DNA of 64,000 bases from the NCBI RefSeq assembly GCF_036321535.1, contig NC_087436.1, positions 84,260,001-84,324,000 of the forward strand, read 5' to 3'. Source of the stretch: Camelus dromedarius. Its lineage: Eukaryota. Positions 51,301 to 64,000 of the stretch are shown in pieces. Within the stretch, counting starts at the first letter, position 1; each line of letters begins with the position of its first letter. A program made the translations under genes and the position numbers. A model generated the notes under the pieces. The model made no database searches. It saw only the letters and a program-made list of their open reading frames with translations, and was not told the origin of the DNA.

Positions 51301-52826
51301 GGAAATGGCCCTTCCCCGGGGTGGTGGTGGAGGTGATATTGCTGGTAGCTGCTACTGATGCCACACTGATGATAATGAGGATGGTGCCTACCAATTTTTG
51401 ATTTCCTACTGTGACTAGTCACAATGCTAGGAATTTTACTTACTGAGGGGCTCACAATGTTTGAACATGATGCTCATTAGGTTCTAAGATTCTTGTATCC
51501 AAGTCAAAGGGAGTAGGCAAAAGGTGAACATAATTTAGGAATTTTAAAACAGAACTTGGAATTTGTGGTAAGAAACAACAGTCTGCCTAAATGTGGTTCG
51601 AATATCACAGACTCTCACCTTTCTTACTGAATTTTCATAGATATTTGCTGTTTGTCCTTGGGACCGTTTCCAGAAGCTTTAATTAAAAAAAAAAATTAAT
51701 GTTCACAAGTTTCACTGGGGAGTGTGGTCACTGGAGTTCCTCTTGCAGCCTTGCCAGAAGTCCATCTTTTCAGAGTACTTCTTAATATATACATTTCACC
51801 GTGTTCTGAAATGTACAAACATTGAAGGTATCTCAGAAATGTACTTGAGTTTTATAAATGTCATGATTTATCCTAGACCCAGATAAATTCTAGTTGGGCT
51901 TCAGTTATCAATTCACATATCAGGCTTAATGTGTGATTCAGGTGATTTGTTCCTAAAGTACAGAAAAAACATTTGCTCTGCAATCTAAGGAGGGCCAAAC
52001 CTCCTACCACAAGCCTATCTCAGCACTGACCATGGAAAGGAACTCTCTCTCTTTGTTGGATTCAAATCCAGTAGCTCTCGGCTTATTTTAATTCGAGCTA
52101 GGGAAAGAACTGAGCTTCCACATTTCATTTTAATCAATAAACCCAGCTTTTTTTCTATGTTAAAAAAAAAAAAAAAAACCCAAACAGAAGCAAAACAAAA
52201 AACCACCAAAACTACTGCCTCTCTATAACAGTAGCTAGCCCCTTAACATACAGGCCTTAGAGACAGAACTCATTCATGTGTAAACAAGTTCATTTTCATA
52301 TAAAGCTAGATATGCCATAAAGGTTAGTTTCATTTGTAAAATACTGCTCCATGGAGAGAATAAACCAAAATGAAAAACTCTGGGCAGATGCAATTTGACA
52401 AAGCATTATAACACTTACCCAATGCCTTGTTTTTTTCTGTCCTTCATGATAACACTTCATGACACTGAGCATGAAAAAAAAGCAGCTTGATGGAGATGTG
52501 ATCACTTACGGTAAACTGTTCCCTAAATTTCATCTACAGATGATAAATATTGACTTATCCACAAAGGCTTCACCATGTCAGTGTTATTTCTCAGTTATGA
52601 GGGGACGTTGGAAAAATAACACAGAATGATTTCAGTTCTCAGGACTTATTAGAGAAGGCGCTGATGTGAGATCAGCTCCTGCAAAACACAGATCTCACTG
52701 GGAAAAGAAAAGCAAAACCAGCAAAGATAAGGAAGAGTGTTTCTTCCAGGTTAGTCCCAGCAATGAGACAGCCAAGATACGCTTGAGGAGATGGCAAGGA
52801 TAATGAGGCAGGCTATCATTTTCTCT

Positions 52827-52832
52827 TTTATT
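52827..52832 (-). terminator. SPMAP2L: Candidate SPMAP2L polyadenylation signal
   Basis: tttatt on + is AATAAA on -, about 200 nt downstream of the stop codon. Confidence 0.6.
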
Positions 52833-53035
52833 GCATGCTGGAGTCCCCAAACCTGCTAAAGACGTGACTCCAGGCAGCAGCAGTGATTGCTATTCGATAG
52901 TCACAGCGATGTTCCCTGGAGGTCTCGTGTGTTTTGAGGGGGTGGAGGATACAACTGATAGTACCAGACCAGGGAACTAAATCATCTGTCTTCCAGAAAC
53001 ATAACTAGAGTTTGACTGATGCGGCTTTTCTGCAC

Positions 53036-53200
<165 letters not shown>

Positions 53201-54325
53201 CTAACATTCCTCAGGCATCCACAATGTGGTAGGCACTGTGATATTATCCTATTTTGATTTTCATAAGCACGCCACACCTTCACTGCACAGATAAGGAATT
53301 GAAGGCCCAGGGAAGTTGTAAGAATGATCTGTGATCAAATCTAGATCTGTGTATGTGTCAGATTTTAAAGCCTTGGCTCTCTCCACAGAAAGTAAATTCT
53401 GGAAATTTCTCAATAATTTAGCAATGTTAAAAACAAGCCAGACAGTCCTCTGGTGAACTTAAAGAAATCAATTTTTTTAAGTTTCCACCCTTAACACCTT
53501 AACCACCAAATAATAATTTTGCTACCAGGATAGAACCTTGAGCTCTTGATCGTACTTTTCCCTTTCCTTTGTCAGTGTACAGAGAATGCGTGTCATTTCA
53601 TTTGATGTTGAACTTTTTTTTTTAAGGAAAACCAAGTTATAAAAATTTTTTAAATATTTTATTATATAAGACCTAAAATATTTCCTGTTCTTGAGCTCAA
53701 GACTATGACAACTTTTTCAGTTAGGTTTTCCTGATGATGCTTTAAAAAGGGGATCAGGTATTATCCCTTGAAGGGAACCAAATGAGCTGAGGTTCAGGCA
53801 AGTTAAGAGGTTTTCTAAAAAATGAACAGGAATTAGAGGCAATTTCTTCTCTGTTGAGTATATTTTCTGATTTATTGGAAATAGTTCATACATGTACATG
53901 ATGCAAAAACATTAAAAAATACAAAAGCCTATGTGGTGAAAAATAAGTCTCCCTCCCATCCCAGCTCCCAAGGCCCCCAAAGTAACTATCACCACTAGCT
54001 TCTTGTTTACTTCTCTGAGTTACTATATGGCACATACTTACTTTTTTCTTATGCAAATTGCAACATACTATGCTTCTGTTCTGTAACTTGTTTCACTTAA
54101 CAATATATGTTAGATAAATAATCCTGTATCCATAATGACAGAGTTGTCTCCTAGGTCTAAAGTTCAATTCTGGCCCACTAACTCTTTAACTGTAGCCTTC
54201 TATTTATGGTAGGAAGATCATAGATTTATCACAGCAAATGTAACAAGTGAGATGTTTTTAAAATTTTCTTCTATTTTGACAATTCTTTCCACTGTCCTGA
54301 TGAGGTCAACTTTCCCCTTTCCCTA

Positions 54326-54547
<222 letters not shown>

Positions 54548-54589
54548 CTAGAGTGGAAACAAAAAGACACAAAATACATCTCCAATTTC

Positions 54590-55405
54590 GTGCCTCCCTC
54601 TCTTTACAGCTATACCCCTAATGAGTCTCCATCATTTCTCTCCTGGGTTGCTGCAACAGACTCTCCACACTGGCTTCCTGCTTCCATTCTGGCCCCTCTG
54701 CAATCCAGCCTTCATGTCACAGTTACTGAGGGAGAGAAAAAGCATTTTAACTCGTGTGTTCCATGAGCCAGATGGAGTTCTAAGTGATTTGCCGCCATCA
54801 TTCCTCTGCAATCATCGTAACAACTCCAGGAGGGAAGGACTTTCTGAGGCCCAGGTAAGATCATGTCACTCTCAGGATTTAAAACCTTCTAGTAGCTTTC
54901 CATTTTGCTAAGAATAACATTTAGGCTCCTTACTGTGGCCTAGATGGCCCTCCATGATCTGGCCGCTGCCCCTCCTCTGGCCTCCCCTTCCACCCCTCCC
55001 CGCCTCCATCACTGTGATTCCCACCACACAAGGCCCCCCGGCCCAGCTCTTCCCATCTCAGGTCCTTTGCACTTGCTAGTTCTGCTTGAAATCCTCTTTC
55101 TTGTATCTTGTCATGGTGGCCTCTTTGTTGTTCGTCTCCAGACGCAAAAATCACATCCTCAAGGAGTTCTTCCCGGACCACCCAAGAGAAATCATTGTTT
55201 CTAATTACCCTCTTCCACAGTACTTATTTAATCTTCTTCACAGCACTTACCAACACCTGACTTAGCTCATCCATTTCATTGCTGGTATGTTTATTGTCTG
55301 CTTCTCCCCATTAGAATACAAGCTGCTTAAGAGAAGTACTTGTTTCTGGACTAGGCTCTGGTGCATAATTGGTGCTAAATAAATATATCTTGACTGACTG
55401 ACTGA
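54590..55405 (+). mobile_element. L2 LINE fragment in an SPMAP2L intron
   Basis: ggccctccatgatctggcc, tttattgtctgcttctccc and aataaatat..tgactgactga tail. Confidence 0.7.
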
Positions 55406-56571
55406 TTAACTCCTTTTGGTCTTACTTTGAAAACTATGTCTACAAGGAGGCCTTTCTATTATGTTGCTTTATTGGTAAAATACGAAGGATGACGTGTAGC
55501 TACTATTCTCTCAGGTGCTCATTCAAAAGAATTAGGATGACAGCAAATGCCTCTCAGAAGCCCTGAAATGGTTCTGTGTTGCACTGGTACAGATTACTTT
55601 GGGTTCTAAGAGTATGATTACTGTGGTGGTATCACTTTTTTAAGACTTAAAAAAAAAATTCAAACAATCCTAGCAACTAAAGATGCCTATAGTTTCCATT
55701 TTACATAACAAACAAACCTGCGAATCAAGTGACTTGTCCATGGATCACAAGGCAAGTCACTTTAGCAAACTCAAGACACTTTACCAAGAGTTTTTGATTC
55801 CCTAACAGGGAATTTCCTAACAGAATTCCCTATCAAATCCTCAGGTTCCTATAAGGAGGATGAAATTGGTCTGACCTCCTTTGGCAACATGAACATTAGA
55901 TATTTATTGAAAACTCAACTGGGATTGGGGGCTAAGTGGCCATTACAATAAATGGAGGGGAGCGTCAGGGAGGAAGAGGGAGAGAAGCCACTGAATGTGC
56001 CAGGCTCTGAGCTGAACACCTGCCTCATCTGTTATCACAAGTCCTAAGTCCTAAAGCTGGAAACTTATCTTGACAATCCCCTTGCTCACCCAGCTCCACC
56101 CAGCGTCAAGGTCATCCCAACTTTAGGACTTTGGCATGTGCTCTTCCTTTTACTAGAATATTCTCTTTGCAGATCTTCACTTAGCTGATTCCTTCTCATT
56201 ATTCAGGTTTCAGCTTAAATATCCCTTCCTTAGAGAGGCTTTCCCTGACTACCATATGGAAAGACACTCATTCCCCACCCTCAGCCATAGTTACACACTT
56301 CCTATTCTGTTTTCTTCATAGCACTTATCACTACCTGACATTATCTTATTTGTTTACTTCTTTGTTTTTTGTCTCCCTCCATCTTGTTCACTGGGCAGAT
56401 GCCTGGCACACAGCAGGCCTTCAAATTCTTTTCAATAAATAAGGCTCAGGAAGGTTGTTAAAAATCACAGAGATAGGAGTGGTGAGGTGAGAATTTGAAC
56501 CCAGATCTTACTGACTCCAAAGCCCATGTTCTCCGCCTCTGCCCCCAGCCTCTCTCCCTGTCTTGCAGCTA

Positions 56572-56841
<270 letters not shown>

Positions 56842-57534
56842 CTAGGGGATAAAACAAAAATAGTACCTTCAAGTATCAAACAATAAACACCATCTCAGTC
56901 AAGGTTACAAAGTAGTGTCTGACCTCTGGAGCAGATTTCTCAGCAAACCTAGGAGAAAGGAGGAAAATCCTGTAGTAACCTATGATCATAGTGGCAAGGA
57001 TCAATATCCATCCTTTTCAAACTAGGTTGAATGGATTCCAACCGAGCTTTTTAGGAACTTACTATTAAACTAAAGATGGGGAGGAAATGGTAATTACACA
57101 TATTGACTATGAGATAAATGGCAACACTGATTTTGGAATGATAAACTCAGACAAGACGGAAGGCCAGCCCTACCACATAAGAACACTGTAAGGGGGAAAG
57201 CTCTACTTTGTTCTTAATTATTTTGCTCTTTGGAAATCAGGAATCATTATCACAAATCCTCATGCTTAAAATGAATGTAAGTGGCTCTTTTCTTAAGTGG
57301 AACAAATAAGAAAAAGAAACCAAAGCCAAGAGGAAGAAAGGCCAAACCATATACCTTCATAGACAATGTTGTACTAGTCCCCCAAGACACTCCTCACTAC
57401 CTTAACTGTGGAAGTGTGTTCAAATTACATGGTCTTCTGTTTAAAGCACTTGTATTCAAACTCAATACTTACAAGACTTTGAGAGGATAATATGATCAAT
57501 AACAGGAAATAAAACAGGGTTTTAACTGTGGGTG

Positions 57535-59230
57535 GAAAAAATTATAGATGATCTAAATAAAGAGAGATAAAATATTCATGGATTAGAAGAGTTACTATTA
57601 CTAAGATGTTAATTCTCTAAGTTGCTTTACATATTCTAATCAAAATCACAACAGACATTTTTGTAGAAACTGACACATTGATTCTAAAATTCATGTGAAA
57701 ATGGAAAAGATCTAGAAGAACCAAAAATAAACTGAAAAAGGAGAACAAAATAGGAGGACTTATACTATTTTATTTCAAGACTTATAAATCTACAGTAATC
57801 ATGACAGTAAAGTATTGACATGTGAATAGGTAAGTAAACAATTACAACAGAATTGGGAAGTCCACGAATAGACCCAAGGCCATTCAACAGGGAGAAGAAA
57901 GCCCTCCATCAAATGGTACTAGAAAAATTGGATTTCGGTATGGAAAAAAACAAACCTCAATCCCTACCTCACAGCTACCAAAAAACTAATTCAAGGTGGA
58001 TAATATATATAAATATAAAATCAAAAATTACAAAGCTTCTATAGGAAAATCTACAACACCTTCACAACCTGGGGGAAGACAAAGATGTCTTAGTTGAGAC
58101 GCCAAAAGCATTAACTATAAAAGAAAAAACTGACAAATTGAACATCTTTTTCTTTAGAGAAGATACAATTAGGAAAATTAATAGAGAGAACATATGCACA
58201 AATACATAACCCTGACAAAGGAAATGTGCCAGAATAAATACATTTTACAAATCATTGATAAAAGGAAAATAACCCATTTTTTTAAATGGGTAAAAGCTTC
58301 ATAAGACAAGCCAACTCTTCATTAACACAAAATGTGATTCTGTAGGAAGAAAATCCAAAAGAATGTTTCACAAAATCTACTAACTAAATGACAGAAGAAG
58401 ACATACAAATGCCAACAGGCACATGACAAGTGCTCAACATGAACAGCCATCCTAGACATGTAAATTAAAACCACAGCAAGATGCCACTATACACTCACTA
58501 AAATGGCTACATATTTTAGAAGCTGACAATACCAATGTTGTAAAGTCTGTACAGCATCTAGATCACTCATACACTGCTGGTGAGATTAAAACTGCACACG
58601 CATTTTGGAAAATACTTGAGCAGTTTCTCCTGAAACTAAATATACACATACCTTATGGCCAGTTGGGTCATAGGATAGAAGAGCTGATTCTACTCCTAGG
58701 TATTTATACAAGAGAAATAAAAATGTATGTCCACAAAAATATCTGTACAGGAATATTCACAGCAACTTTATTCAAAATAACCCCAAACTGGAAACATCCC
58801 AAATGTCCACCAAAAGTGAATGAATAAACAAACTGTGATATACTTATACAATGAAATAATACTTGTCAATAAAAAGGAAAAATCTATTAATATTCTTAAT
58901 AACATGCATGAATCTCAAAAATACTGTGTCAAGCAATAGAAGCCAAGCTGTAAAGAGTATATACTGTATGATTCTATTTATATCAAGTCCAAGAACAGGC
59001 AAAAAGAGTCTATGATGATAGGAATCTGAAAGTGGTTCCCTCTGAGGCAGGGGGTGGAGCGGGAACTGACTGGAAACAGTCATGAGGAAACTTTTTAGGA
59101 TAATGTTTGCATCTTGATTGGGGTGGTTATTGCATGGGTATATACATTTGTTAAAACCTTATTAAACTATACAATTTAAGATCTATGCATTTTTAATTTT
59201 ATATATATTACAATTTAAATATATATTATT
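57535..59230 (+). mobile_element. Old degenerate L1 (ORF2 3' half and 3'UTR)
   Basis: tcatggattagaaga, attctaaaattcatgtg, cactgctggtgag, actcctaggtattta and catgcatgaatctcaa motifs; many frameshifts. Confidence 0.85.
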
Positions 59231-60407
59231 ATTATATAAATTATAACCCCAAACTTTTAAGTTACAAGCTAGGAAAAATATTTACTTCATATATAACAGA
59301 TGAAGAATTAATATCCTTAAGATGAAAAGAACTTCATGAATCAATAAAAAATGTATAGACCAGTAGAAAAATAAAGCCATGAATAGACAAATTTACAAAA
59401 GAATTACACATGGTAAATAAATGTGGAGAGCTATTTGACTTTATTAATAATCAGAGAAATGAAAGTATTTTAATGAGGTATCACTTTATTATACAGTTAA
59501 TACTTTATAAAATATATAATTAATATATTATTGCAGTAAAAAAGGCAGCACAAATATGTAAATCAAAATCACTTCTGTTGAAACACATTTTGGGATTTAT
59601 ATGAATCACCTCAAAATGTTCATACTCTTGATCCATTAATTATACTGTGAGAATTTTTATTCTCAGAAAATAATCAGAGATTGAGAATGATTGGGGAGGG
59701 ACATGTTGGTAGAATGACCTCATAAATTAGGACAGCAAGTGAGACAAAGCATCATAAAAATGCAGAGTACAAGTGCGTAATTTTCAAAGGTATCTGCCAG
59801 ATAGAAAAGAAGAGTATTAAAAGTCAAAATGTATCAAGAGTCAAAGATTTAAAATACCTAACCAAGCTGATTAGTCTGAGTAGCAGCTGTGGACATCTTT
59901 AAGTAAAGAGAGAACGATGGTTATGGACTAAGTGAGCTACGAAACAACCCCTTTCTTTCTAAGTTTCGTAGTCCTAATAAAGCTACTACAAAAAAAAAAA
60001 AAAAGATTTGGAATGACATTCATAGTAAAAGGACTTCCCATAGTGTATCCACCCAAAGTCTCTGGTGGCAAGTATCCTCAGACAGCTGTGACAGTACCTG
60101 GACTTCTTTTGTGGGCGTGTGTTATCTTTAAACTCTAAGATTTAGAATTAACTGTAAAAAAGCTGAGAGAATCACAATTATAGAATTAATACTTTGTCTT
60201 AAGAATAAATATGTGCAAGAACTGATGAAACTGAACATGGACTATAGACCAAATATAATATTATATTAATGTTAAATTTCATGATCTTGGTAACAGTATG
60301 TTACATAAGATAGTGTCCTGTTCTTGGGAAATATACACTGAAGTATTGAGGAAAATGGAGTATATTATGTCTGTATCTCTCAAAAATGATTCAGGGAAAA
60401 ATTTAAA

Positions 60408-60430
60408 TACACACACACACACACACACAC
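60408..60430 (+). repeat. (CA)n microsatellite
   Basis: Seen directly. Confidence 0.9.
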
Positions 60431-60522
60431 CACAGAGGAGAGAGAATGATAAAGTCAGTGGACCAAAATGTTCATTTTTGCAGATTTTCAGTAAATCTGA
60501 AATTATTATTAAAACAAAAAGT

Positions 60523-61340
60523 GAGGTATCACCTCACACCAGTCAGAATGTCCATCATTAAAAAGTCCACAAACAATAAATGCTGGAGAAGGTATGGAGA
60601 AAAGGGAACCCTCCTACACTGTTGGTGGGAATGTAGTTTGTAGGAAAACAGTATGGAGATTCCTCAAAAAACTAAAAATAGACTTAATCTGTGATCCAGC
60701 AATCCCATTCCTGAGCATATATCCAGAGAAAACTATAATTTGAAAAAATACATACACCTCAGTGTCAATAGGAGCACTATATACAACAGCCAAGACATGG
60801 AAACAAGCTAAATGTCCATCGACAGATGACTGGATAAAGAAGTTGTGGTATATTTATACAATGGAATACTACTAAGCCATAAAAAGAATAAAATAATGCC
60901 ATTTGCAGTAACATGGATGGACCTAGCGATCATCATACTAAGTGAAATAAGCCAGAAAGAGAAAGAAAAATACCATATGATATCACTCATATATGGAATC
61001 TAAAAAAAAAAACCAGATAAACGAACTTATTTATAAAACAGAAACAGACTCACAGACATAGAAAACAAACTTATGGTTACCAGAGGGGTAAGAGGTTGAT
61101 AAGGGATAAATTGGGAGTTCAAGATTTGCAGATACTAACTACTATATATAAAACAGATAAACAACAAGTTTCTTCTGTATAGCACAGGGAACTATATTCA
61201 ATATCTTGTAGTAACTTATAATGAAAAAGGATATGAAAACAAATATCTGTATGTATATGTATGACTGAAACATTATGCTATACACCAGAAATTGACACAT
61301 TATAAACTGACTCTATTTCAATAAAATAAAGATGAAAAAC
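60523..61340 (+). mobile_element. Young 5'-truncated L1 (ORF2 C-terminus and 3'UTR) with 13-bp TSD
   Basis: Encodes [37 protein letters not shown], the Cys-rich region of L1 ORF2. TSD taaaacaaaaagt at 60510-60522 and 61341-61353. Confidence 0.92.
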
Positions 61341-61902
61341 TAAAACAAAAAGTAAGTATATACTATTTAAATAAAAAGTAGGTACATGTTTTAAGAGAGT
61401 TTGACCCATCAGTGATACCCTTACAACTGCAATCTGAATGTATAATTAAGTAACTGATTTAGAATCATGACATTAAGTTGATGTCATTCTTACAACGTCA
61501 AAACCTTCAGGTTCACTATATCTGTTTACTATATTCAATTTTTACATAGTCATTTAATATTTGAGAAGGTTTTATTAATGGAGATGGCTGAAGTAAGAAG
61601 CTCAAAAAAGAAACCAAATTTAATATATTTATAAATACAGTTTAAAGTATTTGGAAGTATATAAGTTTGGAAACCAAATCAAACATTATTCCAGACTCTT
61701 AAAAGTCACTGTCAAAAGCTGCTAGAATTGTCATTAGAATAACCTTCCAAACTATACTTATAACCCTAAGAAAGAAATCGATTTTTTAATTTGAAATTTA
61801 AAAAGATGACTATTAATTATTTAAATCAAGAATATACCTCTGAACAGCCTTTTCTGCCTACAAAAACCATGCGCAAGGATACCAAAAGACTCACATCATT
61901 GG

Positions 61903-62880
61903 GTGTGGCAGTTTTCTTTTCTTAAGTGCCTATAAATTCTTTGCCACTTCTCTCATTGAGAGGTGGGGTTTGTGTCCCTGCCCCCTTGAATTTGGCCAGA
62001 CTTGTACCTGCATCAATCGACAGAGGATGACTCCAGTGACATAATGTGACTTCCGAGGCCAAGTCATAAAAAAAAAAACCATGTAGCTTCCACCTAGTTC
62101 TTTTGGAATGCTTATCCTTGGGGCACTCCATTTTAGGGTATTCCTTCTCAGAACACAGCTGCCATGCTGAGGGAGGGCCAAGCCACACAGAGAGGCCATA
62201 CAAAGGTGCCCCCGCATATATTCCTAACTAAGTCTAGCCTTCAAGTCAGCCCCACGTAGGCACCGTCAAAAGGTGCTGTTACGGACTGAATGCCTGTCTT
62301 CCCCACACCCCCGCCAAATTCATAGTCCTAACCCCTCAATGCAACGGTGCTAGGAGGTGGGGCCTCTGAGAGGCAGGTAATTTGCTTTATATGAGGACAC
62401 AAGGATAGAACCTCCATAACGAGATTAGTGCGCTTATAAGACAAGGAAGAGAGAGCAGAACTCTGTGCACAAAGCATAGGTCATGTGACACACAGCAAGA
62501 GGGTGGCTGTCTACAACCAGGAAGAGGGCTCTCACCAAGAAAAGAATCTACTGGCACCTTGATCTTGGGTTTCTCAGCCCCCAGAACTGTGAGAAATAAA
62601 TGTTTGTTGTTAAAGCCGCCCAGTCTAGGGTGCTACAGCGGCCCAAGCTGAGGCAGGTGTGAAGGAGACTTCCGCTGGTTCCGGCCCCTTACCAGTTCAC
62701 ACACCCAAGCCATTAGAAGTACCCCAGTTGAGGCCCCAGACATTCCTGGAGCAGACACAAGCCATACCTGCTTGCCCTATCAGAACTTCTGACTCATAAA
62801 AGCCTTGAGCATGATACAATGGCTGCTGTTGTACATCACTAAGTCTGGGGGCAGTTCAGCATAAAGTTAACCAAATCAGA
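61903..62880 (+). mobile_element. MLT1-type LTR with a nested MLT1A/B-like LTR (62277-62655)
   Basis: Inner element tgttacggactgaatg ... ccagaactgtgagaaataaatg ... ca, flanked by ggtgc/ggtgt. The outer MLT1 motifs resume on both sides. Confidence 0.75.
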
Positions 62881-62903
62881 ACTTTAAGGACGAGTTCTCT
62901 GTT

Positions 62904-63215
62904 CAGGCATATCTCACTTTATTTGCACTTCTCTTTATTGCACTTTGCAGATACTGCGTTTTTTTTTTTACAAATTGAAGGTTTGTGGCAACTCTGCATC
63001 AAGCAAGTCTATCAGCACCATTTTCCCAACAGCATTTGCTCACTTTGTGCCTCTGTGTCACATCTGGGTAATTCTCACAATATTTCAAACTTTTCCATTA
63101 TTATTATATTATGCTGATCTGTGGTCAGTGATCTTTGACGCTACTATTGCAAAAAGATTACAACTCACTGAAGGCTCAGTTGACGGTTAGTAATTTTTGC
63201 AGTAAAATACTTTTT
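62904..63215 (+). mobile_element. Tigger1 internal-deletion derivative (Tigger1a-like), left part
   Basis: caggcata TIR start; ttacaaattgaaggtttgtggcaac; gcaaaaagattacaactcactgaaggctcag. Confidence 0.88.
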
Positions 63216-63347
63216 AATTTTTATTTTATTTTGGGGGAATGCTTTAATATGTAATATTCATTAATATAATCATATTTGCACTGATATAGTCATAAAATAT
63301 TAAATGTATATTTGATGAAGGAAGTGGCCTACAAAACCAAGTGAGTA

Positions 63348-63640
63348 AGCAGACATAGAAAACTGATGGTTACCGCAGGGGAAAGGGGGTGGGGAGAGCC
63401 AAACCGGGAGTTCAAGATCTGCAAATACCAACCACTACACATAAAATAGATAAACAGTAAGTTTATACTGTATAGCACAGGGAACCATACTCAACATCCT
63501 GCAGCAACCTATTATGAAAAAGAATATGAAAACAAATGTATGCATGCATATGCACGACTGAAACACTATGCTGCACACCAGAAACCAACACTACATTGCA
63601 AACTGACTGTACTTCAACAAAAAAATAGGAAAAAAAACTC
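63348..63640 (+). mobile_element. L1 3'UTR fragment with perfect 16-bp TSD and clustered T>C hypermutation
   Basis: Aligns with about 61050-61325. TSD caaaaccaagtgagta at 63332-63347 and 63641-63656. Confidence 0.9.
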
Positions 63641-63823
63641 CAAAACCAAGTGAGTAGGGACCATAAAAGTCACCCATGAAAGTCACAATGTGGTCTTGGG
63701 GACAGGGACCCCAGCAAGTCTCTAAGGGATTTGGGAAGCACCTAGAAAATTGATCAAAATGTAGACTCCTGGGCCCAGATTCCTGGCAGTCAGATGCAGC
63801 TTGTGGTGAGCCCAGGAATCTGC

Positions 63824-64000
63824 GTAAAGTATTTTTTAAATTAAGGTATGTACATTGTTTTTTCAGACAAACTGCTATTGCACACTTAAAAGACTACAGT
63901 AGTGTAAACATAACTTTTGTATGTTATGTTTATAATATATAACCAAAAAATTCGTGTAACTTGCTTTATTGTAATTTTTGCTTTCTTGGGGTGGTCTAGG
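63824..64000 (+). mobile_element. Tigger1 derivative, right part (runs off the window)
   Basis: taaagtattttttaaattaaggtatgtacattg ... gctattgcacacttaa ... aaccaaaaaattcgtgt continues the left part. Confidence 0.88.

Noticed and set aside
52136..52210. AATAAA followed by a long A-rich run as a possible retrocopy end
   Set aside because: I could not find a matching upstream TSD or a recognisable body.
61838..61857. Possible 20-nt SPMAP2L micro-exon (tttttgtAG ... GTATAT on -)
   Set aside because: Weak donor and no THEG-like peptide; it cannot be supported without transcript data.

Overview
Mammalian genomic DNA, most likely a camelid. The tRNA-Ala-derived SINEs resemble camelid Vic-1, an artiodactyl-type internally deleted Tigger1 is present, and I saw no Alu, Bov-tA or PRE-1-like SINEs. 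The window holds the complete 73-aa coding sequence of HOPX on the + strand (coding exons 14264-14407 and 20459-20536, a CpG island, and a poly(A) signal at 21232). Converging on it from the - strand are the last three coding exons of the testis gene SPMAP2L/THEGL (56841-56710, 54547-54372, 53150-53036). The rest is intron or intergenic DNA rich in MIR, L2, L1, LTR and DNA-transposon fragments; nearly all ORFs in the supplied track look spurious. The most striking observation is at 63.2-63.8 kb. A ~610-bp polyadenylated, TSD-flanked minus-strand insert splits a Tigger1 element and contains an L1 3' fragment with about 20 strand-specific T>C changes (A>G on the - strand) in an ADAR-like context. 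This may be a genomic fossil of an A-to-I hyper-edited RNA. Other notable items are a second orphan retroposed RNA end that stops at a MER33-donated poly(A) signal (23.3-23.6 kb) and a perfect 37-bp direct repeat upstream of the HOPX CpG island. Repeat family names come from my memory of consensus sequences, and repeat boundaries are approximate unless TSDs are given.
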